Below are positions 48,941-62,900 of a DNA stretch of 64,000 nucleotides, in pieces. How positions within the stretch are numbered: position 1 is the first letter of the stretch; the number at the start of each line of letters is the position of its first letter. The notes under the pieces were generated by a model, which saw nothing but the letters and a program-made list of their open reading frames with translations, searched no databases and had not been told where the DNA came from. Where the stretch lies: contig NW_020845543.1 of NCBI RefSeq assembly GCF_003704095.1, positions 124,001 through 188,000 on the forward strand, written 5' to 3'. The position numbers and the translations under genes were made by a program. Origin of the DNA: Pocillopora damicornis. Lineage: Eukaryota.

Positions 48941-50991
48941 CACAGCCCCATACTACATTACGAATTCAGTTCTTGGATAGACAAAACAACCATAAAAACA
49001 ATACATGGAAATGAGATGGTAGATAACCAACGAGGTGCGGAGCAACGAGTTGGCTATAACCAATCTCGTATCAAACAAGTGCGAATAGAATAATTGTCTT
49101 ATTAGTTTACATTACATTCTGAGTGTTTGGATATTTGGAGCTTTTTTGAAGCTGCGCAACAGTTGGCGCAATACATTTCCATGTAAGGTGACTCGAAATA
49201 TGAGCGAATAACGGGAGCTGAGTGAACCAATCAAAACACTAGAGATGCATTGTTCGGAGTTGAACATTTTATCATTCTTATACCATCTGATTACCTTTTG
49301 ATATCATTGGTGAAAAATTGTGCTCGCATTCTGGTCGCATTTGAAAATAAAACAATCCCCAACCGGGTTCTAAACACTGATGAAGAAGTATTGCTCAATT
49401 CATCTGTTAAATGGCGCCAAAGATTTCCATTAACAAAAAAAAAGGAAACAGATAGATGAATAAATTAAAAAATAGATAAAATTTAAAATGACCTCGATGA
49501 CTATCAGTGACACAATCGCCGGTTCTGATCATGCGCCATTTTAAAACCGACCAACGAAGAAGAATTCTATGACCAGGCAGGCAATACTATTATGTGAACC
49601 GATGAAAATACATTGCAAACCGTACAGCACATTTTTGTGGCTGCTGCCTCCTATATTTTTAAGAAGTCCGAAGTTACATAACAAAACGCAGGTCGTATCG
49701 GATGGGGGTGGGTGTGCAACCTCAGTACCCCTCCCCTAGATCCGCCTCGGCCCAAACACAACCCTTTACAACCAATGTTCGATTTTCGATTTCATTGTTA
49801 TTGCAAATATTTTATTTCCACTTTCTATCTCCTTGTATTACACTTGAATAAATGAGCTATTTATTAAATCAAAACCCGTCCAATACCCGAACATGAAAAC
49901 GGACAACTAGTTCGAACTTGAAACCAAACTGATTCATGCTCAGAAATAAAGAAATTAAGGAAAGCTTAACGCAGTCTACAACTGGTTTAGAGAGGCGATT
50001 GAAATCAATGAACTAACGCGAAAAACTTTCCATGATTTTCGCCAAAATCATGTTAATTATGGTCGATTATTAACCGAAAGTTTTCGTGCTACCTTAAAAA
50101 AACTTAACGAAATAATTTTTTTTAAAGATAAAATAAGGTCGACCACATACAAGACTATCCAGACGTTCTACAAAAGAATTACGCCAAATGAAGTCAACAA
50201 CTAGTGCTTCTTGGAGTCGAAATTGTTTTTGAGCTTATCTGCGTGTATTGTAGCCGTGCACTTGAATAAAATGCTTACACTAAGGTAAGAGTCGCTTGCA
50301 CCTTGTCTTCTGTTCAACGACAGAAATTTCTGAAGATTCCTAGATAACTATTTTTGGTGACGCAATTGGTTTCTTTGTGGCCAGCTGCTAGAATGAAACA
50401 TTTCAGATCAAGAAACGAAATTCCACGAATCGGGAAAAAGACTCTAATTAAACTAATTGTTTTCGATCCTTGTAGAACGCCGATTAGCAAAAGGATTTCG
50501 AATCACGTTGTTAATGGTACAGTTTATAAGAAGATTACTTTACTTCGATAGAAAATACGTTAAAAGCCAGTTGTGTTTGTGATCCTTATTGCTGTATGCA
50601 TACAATGTTCTTCTAAAATGCGCTGTTCTGACACAATAAGCATACAGTAAGCAATTGTTGTAATTAATTATTAATTTCCTACATCGAGGACTGACTCTTT
50701 GTTATTGTCTCTGTATTTGGGTAAATGGATGCATTTGTTCCGAGATTGTGATTTTATTGTTAAATGAATACCCCCAGGGCATAAGCCAATGGTCATTCGT
50801 CGGCTAACAGTAATAATCATTCGAATTTACATTGTGGTACCAAACGAACAAAACTTCTACGCGATGAGTATTAGCCATAAGTACCTTGAAACCAAAACAA
50901 ACTTCCCTCCTTATCGGGAATTTTTGGAACACCAATTGAAGAAGACTTAACTTTACATTTTAGTGAGGCTATCAAAATAACGTGGTTTCAA

Positions 50992-53900
50992 ATGTCGCAA
51001 AGGAAGTGCAAAGTAACCAGTGTAGCCAACGATGACGAAAAATCGGAAGCAAAGCAAACTTCTGACGCTGAAGAAGGAAGACAAGCTATTCGCCGGGCAA
51101 ACCAGCACCAAAAGCTCATAATATCAGTACTTATATTTACGATCATAGCGTGGCTGGTGGGTAAGACTGATATTAGCATATTTTGGATTTTTACACTGCT
51201 CGTATGGATCTTGTTTTGGTGGAATAACACCGCTACACATGTAATAGACAGTGCTGTCAAAGAAGCAGAAATTGATAGGAGGCGACAAAAAGCATTGTCG
51301 AATGGAGAAACGGCAGAATGGCTGAATTTTCTGATTAATCGATGGTAAGTGTGAGAGATCATTGTATCCTGTTATGAGCTGTAAACAAACCCGATAGGTT
51401 TCTTGTAAAGTACCGAAGTTAAGTTGTGTTTCGATGCTGAGCGAATGCACTTAACACTGTTCCCAGCGTAAACAAAAGTTCGGTGACTGTTCCTTATAAA
51501 TTCTTAAGAGAACAAGTTTAAAATATTTTGGTATCTTTGTAACCTTTCTGGGAAAAAAAAAAAGGATGAAGGGCTTTTACTGCCTTTTGGAAACGAATCT
51601 GTATGAATTCCTTGGTGCCCGCTGAGAGAATAAGATACCCCATGATTCTTACATAAAGTAATCGCCGAAATGGATGGGAAAAATTGCCCTAGTATTTGTC
51701 ATAAACTTTAAATTTTCTGTTATCAGAGATGTCTATCCCGATAAAGTTCAATAAAATGAAAAGTATGCATCCAATTGAATTCAATTGAAATGTTTTGCAT
51801 AAATAGCGTCCTCAAACTTAAATGAGGCGATTTCTCTTAAACTTTCTTCCAATTGTTCTCTCCTGTCGTCTGGTCGGTGGAATATAATCACCTCTCTTCG
51901 AGAAGGCAAAAACAATATTCTTCACATGATACATTCTATAGCGACATCACTTATAAATAAAAACATAGGAAAATCAAAATTATTTCTTCGCGGAATATGC
52001 GGGAACACTATCAGAAACAACACTTCTTTATGGTAACACTTGACTTTCTATAAAAGTTATTGATCGATTTAAGTTCAAGCTTAATTCACATCTTAGTTAG
52101 GAATTTTTCAAAATCCTATCCTAAACAGAGAAATTTACCTCAACATATACAGTTTGATCCATTTCAGATACTAATCACGCGCAAGCCTTTAATATTTTAT
52201 GGCAATTTAATAGAATTTCGCTCAATCTCGACCGCACAATTTAGTCTTAGACTAATCACAAATTTTCGATCAGACTGATATTACATAGGGCTACCTTTGT
52301 TTCTTATGGCATAATTAAAACCATCAGATTCATAAAACTTTTCTCTGTTATTTCCTTGGTATTGAGTTATTCCAATTACTTCTTTTCGAAGAAAAATTAG
52401 ACCATAATTCAAGAGGTGTTGAAGTGTTCAAAAAAAAATTATCAATATTTACACGGCAATTTTCATACAGGGGCTGAAACCATGAATAATTTTTTCCCTC
52501 ATGACGAGTCTGCTTTCTTGTTCAAATACTGATGGATCATTTAGACTTTTAAAAATGAAGGAAGAGGACCAAAATACTTTCATGAGGAGTTGAAGACTTG
52601 AGGAAATACTTGTAGTTTACGGGGGAAAAAAGTATTTGCACCTCAGACAGGTAATTAAAATTTTTGACACTGCGAGTTAGTTCGAAATTATTGTCGTTTG
52701 AAATTCTAAACTTTAAATAAGAGTAAATTAATTAATCTGCATTTGAGTTTAATGGCCAAAGGCCGCTAAAACCTGATCCAAAAAGTCCATCTAATGAATC
52801 GGTACTGTTATGTTTTTACTCAAACAGTCGTATAGTTTTGTTTTTTATCTGTCATATTTTCCTCGGCGCACAAGTTTTGTTATAGATAGATTTTTTATAG
52901 ATAGATTAGTTATAGCCAGTCAGAATCCAGCTGTGAACGCGTCGAAATTGATAGCTCTTAATCACGATGACGGTATTTACAGTACGTTCACCAGCAAGCT
53001 TCGTTTGATCTAAATTTTCATGAATCTTTGCCACTTTCTAGTTGTTTTCATGTGGGTGTTCTCTTGATTTCAATGCTCATGGATCACGTTCCTTTTAAAT
53101 TCACCATTCCGCACCTTGAGAGCGAGGCTTGCTATGAAATATGGTATTGCGACTTAATCATCCATGAGGCCTTTTAAAGCCATTTTGTAATGCTACACTA
53201 AGGTTCGTTACCGAGTATCACTCTAAGAATGAACGGCGCGCCCACACTAGCAAAGTGGAGGCTTTTTCTTTATGATCGGAACTCGTCAGTAGTAATTTTT
53301 TTTCTGAATACAGGTTGAATGATCTATTACTTTTCCCAGTTTCATGGGCTGCTAGATTCTCGCCGGTTTGGCTCATCGGTAAACCGAGTAGCTTTGCGCT
53401 GTTACTGTCTACTTGCTGACTTTGTACGCCAGCGAAATGCCGGCGAAATTCGGCACACCGGACTAAAGACTACTTTCAATACACTGCTCATCGAAACATA
53501 CCGATCGTGAGTGCAGCTGCCTTTTCAAAATATCCTTAAAATATATTCAAATCGGTAGTGTTTTCTTACAGGTTTGTTTTCAGCGACAGATCATTACTGA
53601 GCTCCATCAAAAGAAACCTGGAGCCGATCCTTAAGGCCCAGAAGCCATCCTACGTAGGTAAGAGTCCAATGCTCCTATGAAGCTACGCAGAGAGTATATG
53701 GTTGTGAGAACGCCCACCTCTTAACTTATCGCCGAGGCCTGGGTTCGATTCCCTCATATGACGTAATTTGCGGATTGAGATTAATGTTAATTCGTGTCTT
53801 TAATCCAAGTGCTTTTCTTCCCGTTCTACCGTTTTCATGCCTCCACAAAAACCTGGACCAGTAGGCAAAATATAAAGGAAAATATAAAAAATATAGACAA

Positions 53901-56900
53901 CAGGGCAAAATATAAAATTAACATTCACGGGACTAATGAGGAATTTTTTACTTCAGATAACGCACAGTTTCATTTTGGTATCGTTGCGAGTCTCTTCAGG
54001 TTATTTTAAGTCCATTTTGCAATGCTTCATGAAACCGTTTAAGAGCATGGATCAACTGGTTCAAAAAGAATCGAAATCAGGGCACTTTCCAGTTAGAAAA
54101 GAAAAGGAAAACGGCCAAGTTTCGGAGTGGGAATTACGATGGAACGGCCTTTTCTTCTAAAAGGTTTTGAGTTAAAAAGAATACACTCACAGTTATTCTT
54201 CTCTTCTTTCTTTTACTAGAATCGCTTGAGAATCATTGAAAATGTTACAAAGTATTCAGAGTCTTTCTAGCCAAGAGTTTTTTCGCATTTTTCGAGACCC
54301 AGACAGATTCAGGATAAACACAACTCTGCTTAAGGAGCACACTTTTCCTCTTTCATTTTGTTTTCGGGAAAAATTATACTTTCCCATTCCTTAGGAGAGT
54401 CTCTTCGATATTCTATCACAAATGGAAAGCAACCCAAGGTTTCTTATTTTTCGTCTTATGTTTGTTTTTCACAACCTCATATAACCTCCTCTACTCATTT
54501 TGATTTAGGTTCCATAGAGATTCTGGATTTCACCCTGGGCAATAGAACACCTTACTTCAAATACGTCACATCTTATGATAACTATGACGATCAACGGAAT
54601 ATAAAAGCTACCGAGTTAAACTTTAATCATCCACCTGATGATCTGATGACTAGAGGCAAATACCAGGCAGTCATTCAGCTGGAAGCCGGTCTGACCTCTC
54701 CAGAAGCAAGATTCGTCATAAGAATCAGACTTGGTAACAAGGGGTAGGAGCAATTGTGTTATTCATATAAGAAAAAGAAAAAACCGCTCACTTTTCTCTT
54801 TACAGTCCTCATAAAATTATCAAAATTTTTCCACCCAATTGCATATTCCAACAACAATTTTTTATTTGAATGAATTTATCATGAAAAGAAGATAGTTTTA
54901 GGCGGCCAGGATTGACTCCATGATTTGGGATGCTGTAATGAGACTGTTAAAAATGAAAGAGTCAAACCACAAGCCAAAAAAAAAAAAGAAAGCGACCAAA
55001 AAAAATTAAGTTACAATCAAATTCTGTGATTTATTGGTGCAGAAGCCTTCTTAGTATCGTTAACGTTACCCATAGAAAATCAAAAATAGAAAAAAAAAAA
55101 CAGAGGTGTAGCACTTTTAATTTGGCGCGCCCTTGTCGTGCAGAAATTTTTGTTTCTTTTTTGTCTCATTCTGACAGGATGAATGGAGGGGAAGTTGATA
55201 TGATCGGTTTGTTAAAGATGATTGGGATTCTATGAAACCTTTTGCTCGGCTGAATCTAAAAACCTTATTTTAACCTACAGTATAACAAAGAAGTTTGCAG
55301 GCTTTTGCATACAGTTATTGACACTAGCCACGGTACCCCTTATATGCTAATACTTATGAGTAGGGATGAGGATAAATTGACTCGTGACAAATAGTGCCAC
55401 ACTTTAAAGTTTGTCGGAATACGCTCAAAGCCACTTAATTTACCATGCTCCGGTAAGACTGAGCTCAGACGAGCATACTACAGATTGGAAGAATCGCTCG
55501 CGTCATCTAAACCTAGAGTGTTCTGGGCAAACAATTGAACCTGTTTGTCTTGCAGGTTTCTTGGCGCCTGTACTGATGTAGCAGTAGAAGATCTTCACAT
55601 TCACGGCAAACTGCAGCTGGTGTTGCTGTTTAATCAAAATATTCCCTTTCCTCATCTGGCAGCTGTAACATTATTCTTCACCGAAGAGTAAGATGTGTTT
55701 AGTGTTTTAGATATACGCTAGAGTAGGCAGTAAACTCAAAACAATGCCCCCGTTCAAAATGATCACTAACCTCATTTTCCTTAAAATCCATATATCAATC
55801 AATTGATATTATAAGAATTTTTTTTGTTTTGATTTGCCTGTTTCAGACCAGACGTATCTTTCAACATTCGTCTCCTGAAGGCTGTACAACTAATGGAGTT
55901 TCCCCTCCTCAGACAATGGATCACACAAATGGTCAACGATTACCTAAAACTAGGTGAAGATACTTTTCTTTTGTCATACCCACTCAAGAGAGAAGGGTCT
56001 TTTCTTGATAAAATTAAGTATTCCTTTTAGCCCAAACGTGGTTAAGACCAACAGCAATTTGCACAGGCTCAGGCTCTATATCTCAAGTCGACAAGAGACT
56101 CACATCGTCTCATCCTGTCTTTCCCAAAGGCCTCATTTCAAAGTAAAACCTTTCAGTTAATTTTTAGACTCAAGGCCTCTGGATGTTTTTCTGGGAAACG
56201 TTCATCTTGAGAAAGATTACAGTGTAACTTGGCCCTTCACACTCTAACATCAGTCTGCATGTTCTTAATAGCGTGCTCCATACTTAATAGTGTACTCCAA
56301 GTTGGATCTTGTCCCAACAGGCAAATCAGCGATAATAGTGCAGGGGATCAAACAGGTTTGACCGTTTGCATATAATTCAAAAGGAAGAGTAAGACTGAAA
56401 GATTTACAATGACACGTGTTCCTACCTGCAGCTTTGGTAGATCCTGGCCACATAACAATTCCATTTTGCGACGATCCTGAGGTTGTCGGAAGAGGAGCAG
56501 CATATGGTGAGTGGATCCACCAAAAATTATTATTGTGACTACGACTCATGCTGTTGTCAAACAATGGTTTCTTTTCTCCCGGGTTTCTCAAGAGGAAAGC
56601 ACGTGTAATATAAGAAAACAAGAAAAGAATCCAAAATGGCACTCAGAAAAGTTTCAAAATACCTTCAGTTCTCTATTAATTAAACTTAATCCTTACATTC
56701 CTTAATATCTGTTTAATCTGAAGCATGCGGTGTTCTTACTTTGACAATCAGCGGAGGATCTCATGGAAAACTAACAGGTAAAGCATGATTTATTTTGCTT
56801 ATAACAGAGATTTGAGGGCTAATTTTAGGCGTTGATGCAGAGTCACCTCATGATGACCTTGGTAAGCCTGAAGGTTTGAGCCTAAACCCAGAAGAACTTG

Positions 56901-59900
56901 TGCTTTGTGCTTTCTTTGTGATGCTATCTGTATATGGCTTTAAGTTCTAGTCTTGTCGGATGAGGACAATAAATCGAGGCCTTGTCTCCTTTCCCTTACT
57001 CCACATCAGAGGTCATATCTTTTTCTTTCTCAAAAGAGCTTACACATAGGATTCTAGCCATAACGAATTATGTCACATTTTCGCACCTTACCTATAAGTA
57101 ATTCTTGTCTGTCGTAGATGATCCTTACTGGTGCTCTGTTAAGATTGATGGTCAAAAGCGATACACCAAGGAAGTGACGGGAGAAAATCAATGGAGTACT
57201 AACGTATCATTGTTGGTGTATAATCTGCATGCTGACAAGGTAAATATCTACCGATATTCAACAAATCGTCTTAAGATTATGACTGACTATGAACTGACCT
57301 CTCATGTTCACTTAAATGAGCTGTGCATAAATTGTTGAAGAAAAAAAAATCTCATAGTTAGGGACCGATACATAACAAATTTCAAACAAATGTCCGCTAC
57401 TTGACTTATCCTGATTTAAGTGTGACTATGATATCTGAAGCTTGAACATCTGTTGCGTGTGTTTATCTATTTTGCAAGTATCTTAGATGCGCGGGTTGGA
57501 GTCCCGTGGAAACTTGAATTGTTTCAAGCTTCTTTTCTGCAATTGTGTAAATTTAAGTTCACCTGCGAGGATCATTTTTTTGCTTGATTTTCATTCTCAG
57601 ATCAAATTAAGTTTATTTGACGAAAAAAATGTAATCTCTTTTCAGTTGGTAATCAAAGTGAAAGGACGAAGAAAGCTCGGCACCAAGTACACTGTGGTTG
57701 AATATGTCCTGTTCCTTTCAAAGTTTTGTTTGGAGAGCAATCCTCAGCAGTAAGCTATAACTGTATCATAATCCAATGAATTAATTTGAATAATTGTACT
57801 GAGAAACATATCTCCTCACACAAAAGTCCTATCCAACTTTCCTTGTGAATGACATCATGTTACCCGCTAAAAGTTGTCTTGATAAAATTTGGTTGGTAAC
57901 CTTTGAAATTTTCTTTTCATAAGATGGTTGTGAATTAAGAGTTGCTTAGTTGTCGCAGTAGTTGTCGACGATGTTTTAAATCTGAAACAGCGTGCAAAGG
58001 TATGCACACACCTTAAATGAGGTTTCTTAATGCTTTACAAACCTACAGTTTGGTGGTGCAACCAATAACTTGCGGCTGCCTCATCGTCGTAAACATTTTC
58101 TTAATTCTTAATCAGTCTGTGTTGTTTATATTAGTGATCAAGTGCTCGAAAAGTCGTCTTTAAAACCGGCTACCCTAACAGTGCAGATGGAGTACACACC
58201 TCTTCCAGTGATTGACGTGTGCCACTCATTAACCTCTGAGGACTTTGGCAGAATCTATTTGAGCAGACTACGAAATCTCCACCCGAATGAAGGTAAATAT
58301 GTAACTCTTTTTAAATTTTAACATTCACACTGAGCCGAGTATTGCGATCTCTTTGGTGCAGTTTCTAAGCGTTTCTTGAACCGCCTTGAAACATTTGGTA
58401 GTGACTACAGGGAAATTAAGAAGAGCGTTTGAAAAAAAGGCAGAAACGAGTTCTGATTTAGCCAACTTTTCCTACAACTCACCAATCTATCCCCCAGTAA
58501 TAATTTACAAAAATTTCTCTTTTTTTTTTTTCAATTAATAACAATTCTTCATAAGCGCATAAAAAACTTAAAGTAAACAGTTTCAAGACCAATTTTTTCT
58601 GCCTCCCGTTTGCGAGAAGCATCATGCTTCAATTTTCCGACATCTAGTCTGTTTTTCTCCACTTCAGTTTCAGGAGTTCTACTCGTCTGTGTTCACAGCG
58701 GTCAAGGCCTGGTTCCCATGGACAAACATGGACGCAGTGATTCGTATTGTGTAATTTATGAAAACGGAAGACAGGTAACGCACCCAAGCATAAATAAATT
58801 TTTTCTTCAATTCCCTGCCCTCAAAGAAGTTGAACAATTATGAAATCAAATTTGTTATTCCTCAAAAATGTTCCCTCAAGATCTCTAGATGAATGTTTCG
58901 ATCTCAACACTTTTTCGTATCGTACGAAGCCTAGCACCTGAAGCTGTGGTACTCTGAGATTCTGCTTTCTGCCAAAATTCCATATGAATGAATTTTTTTT
59001 TTGGTAGGGGTTGGGGAATGACAAAATGAACAGGAATACAGGAATGGCGGTGTTGTCACGCAACATGCAATAGTAGAGGGTTTTTTTAATTTCTTTATTT
59101 CAGGCCAAGCGCGGGGAGGCCGTGAAAGGGACCCTGAGTCCTGTTTGGGACACTATGGTTGAAATACTTGTTGCTGACTTTACACAGGTTTGTTATAGAA
59201 AATAACCGTTATTATAGATATAGCATCGTAGATAATGAAGCATATCCCGGCCATCTGAGTTGGCGGAGATGGCTTATCTTTTCTCGTTCGGGATTGCCTG
59301 CTATGTTCTCGCGAAAACGAAATGATCTGGCGCAATATTTTAACCATAAAATAAATCCGTTAACGACCTGATTTTTCAGTCAGATACGATGGCTGGACAT
59401 TGGTGTCCTCTGTATTTTATGATAATTGACCTTGTTTAAATTTAAAAAAATAACTAAGCCAATTTTCATTAATTTTCCATAGGCGAGGGCCATAAAATTA
59501 ATTGTTGTAACGATCATATCCCACAGGTTTACCATAAGAGAGAAGCTAAAGCTAAAACTTTAAAATGCCATGCTAGCGAGACGTTACAAGGCCGAACCAG
59601 ATGTACCCGGCTGCTAACTTTTAGCTCACTTTTCCCCTCTTCTATTAGCATGAAAGACCCAATATCGCTGTCATTGACGTCTTAATATGTGCTGTGTAGC
59701 ATATCATACCATTGAACGCCATTTAAAGAGTATTTCNNNNNNNNNNNNNNNNNNNNNNNNNNNNNNNNNNNNNNNNNNNNNNNNNNNNNNNNNNNNNNNN
59801 NNNNNNNNNNNNNNNNNNNNNNNNNNNNNNNNNNNNACTTTTATGATTTTTTAAAATTATTTTTGAAGAACTGATTGAATGAAGCGATGAACACTGGGAG

Positions 59901-62900
59901 CCCTTTCTTACTCTTTTTACTCTTTCGTTCCCAGGTATCACCTGTGCTATTTAAGAAAAACCTGGACTTACTGTATAAAGTTAAAGGCTCTGGAATGATG
60001 AAGGCGGGCAAGCTGTGTGTGTCCGCCATTTTTAGACCTGCTCCATCGGTGGCCAAGTCTGGTAAGTACACTTACCTACACAGCGGGGCTCTTTGTACCT
60101 TGCAGTCTAAAACCGTAAAATCCGAGTTTTATAAAATTGGCAAAAAACAATTAAATTATAGTAATAATAATAGTAATAATAATAAGAGTAATAGTAATCA
60201 TCCTAAAAATAAACATAACTCGAATTGTTATGCCACATATACATGCATTTTCACTTGTACTTGCACAGGAAGCACTCTGATGGTCCGGGTCCAAGCCTTC
60301 CAGCTGCTAATCGCTGGATTTGTTCTCATTTTTCCTGAGTTCAACTCCTAGACTGTGCTTTGCTTAAAGCCAACTAATCTGCCTCCTGCCAGTTGGCAGC
60401 TCATTCATTCATTCCTTCATTTATTCACTGAATTATATTTACCCTGAAATGCCCCATGAGGGTAGAGGTCGATTAAGTACATTTACAGACTTATATTGGG
60501 CATCGTGGATGATATGCAGAAGCCAGACCGAATAAGCTGAATACGTGATATTTCATGCGTAGAAAAGTTAAATCTCAATTCAGATATTTCCCCGGAATTT
60601 TTACTCACGTCGGTTGAGTTTGCATCATTCAACATTTTGTTTCTTCTCTCGTTAGAAATGAAAGAAAATGGCCAAGGTCTACCAGAAGGAGAACCTCCTG
60701 GTCAAGTAAGTTTCTTTCCTGAACTGACTTTCCCTTTAAGTTGGGATGAAAGAGAGTTGGATATATTAAACTTTACTTCTCCCAAATATATAGAAGGATG
60801 CTAAGACTGAGATACAGACACTAGAGGCTTTGCTGCGTGCAGGTACGTCAAAGTGTTTCAAGGTGACATCTTAGCTGATGGATGTTGGTCTACGAAGAGA
60901 GCCACTAATGCTAAGTGGGACTATTGATATTGACTTGAAACGGTCTTCAAGGTTTATTCATATACATAAATTTATTTGCAGAACGAGGAAGCGTCGAAAT
61001 CAACATTTACCAGGGACGTAATCTGGTAGTTAAAGATATTACTGGTAAGATAAAATTCACGGAGACCTTCAAAATACTATATTTTCTGCAAATGACATCG
61101 AAGAATTCTTGGAGAAACCAGCCTTTTAAGTATTTATACCACAATTCAGAATGAGAATTGAAAGGCTTAGGATTGACGGAACCTTGAACAGAATAAAATA
61201 CAAAGACGATTGATTTTACCTCGTGGAAATTGACAAAGGATAATGCCAAGACAACTGTTTTGTAGATTTCCATAACTTTGCTTCTTGCTGAATTGAGTGA
61301 CCAGTGAACAGCACATTGAAGGTCTTACAAAGTGACTGGAAGTAATTACCCTACTCTGTAAACAAAGGGAATAATTTAAGATGCCACCCGAACACGAAGT
61401 TAGCAAAAAGCAAGAGTAGGTGGTAATGAAAAGTAGGGGCGACCAACGCGAGTAGACTATGTGATGCAACATTTTGTAACTTGGAAGAGTGATTGGAAGC
61501 GTGGAAAAATGCAAAAATATTCCATGTCCCTAGAAAAGCTTCTCAGCTTCTCTGTCTACAGGTAAAAGTGATCCGTTTGTGACAGTAAAGGATGGAAGTG
61601 AAGGAAGAGAGAAATATAGATCACGGACCATCACCAACACGTTGGAACCCGTTTGGAGTGAGACAGCTGTTGTAGCGATGCCCGATGTGAATGGACTCCT
61701 GTTACTGGTGAGAAAGATTTGGCTTGAACTCGATTCAGCCGTTTTTTATTTTTTATTTTTTATTCAATTTCGATTTTTCATTGATTTAGAACTAGTGAAG
61801 TCCTCTGCAGACATGGGCATCAAACTTATTTCGTTGTTTTATTTTCACATTGATGCACATATAACTAAAATGAGAATGCAACTCAAGTTCAACGTTTGCC
61901 TTTTCCTTTGCTTCTCTCATTAAAAAGTAGATCAAAATATGTTTATAAACGTGGGCAATATTTTTCAAGGAGACAAGAGAAGCCTTCAAGTAATAACCCA
62001 GGAAAAATAAAAGAACCCTAAAAAAATAAATAGTGTGTACTCAGGTACACACTATTCCGCTATAGGTTTATATCAATTAGATATACTAAGTTTGTGCTTG
62101 GGCAAATCAACCTGGATGAAAAAATATCAACTCACCAAGAAAAATCACATCATTCGCCAACATTTATCTCTTCTTTTTCAGGAAGTGTGGGATAAAGATC
62201 CATTGTCACAAGAGAGAATGGGACAGATAGGATTTACAACTGAGAAACTGAAAGATTTAGGAAAGGTGACTACATAGGCTGACTTGAGCTTTCTCCTTAT
62301 TTGCAGTTTATTGTTTCTTAAAATTCTTTTCAGAATATTAATGCAATATTCTTAAAAATTACCGGTAGAGAATAAAATGCATGGAAAGGAAATTTTCAAA
62401 ACTGATCGATCCTCATTTCATTCCTTAAGTAAAAAGGAAAAACTTGATAAGTGGCGGAATCGTGATTTTGACTGAGCGTTTCCTGTCTTTTCAGTAACAT
62501 GGTTCAGTTTGGTATCCCTGTACGGGAGCTTTGAATGCTCGAAACTGAAATGATAATAAACTGGAGAACACAAATCAGCCACCAGCATTCAGAGGGAATG
62601 ACCTTTCGCTTTCCAGTTACACTGTTAGATTACAATTCAGTCTCTCTGTTCGAATATACTTGTAGAGTAAATGAGAGCTCTCTGAGAACACTTAACATTT
62701 AATTATGTCATTTGATAGCCTCCCTATGAGAAGCGCTGGTACAGGCTGCGCGGGGTGAAAAGTGGAGAGCTACAACTGGCGTTCAAATACACTCCTCCGC
62801 AAGTAAGAAAGATCATGTTATGGAAATACAAAATGTAACATAATACCAAGTGTAGGCATAATCACTCATGCAATTTTCTAAAGTCAAATGTTTGATCTTT

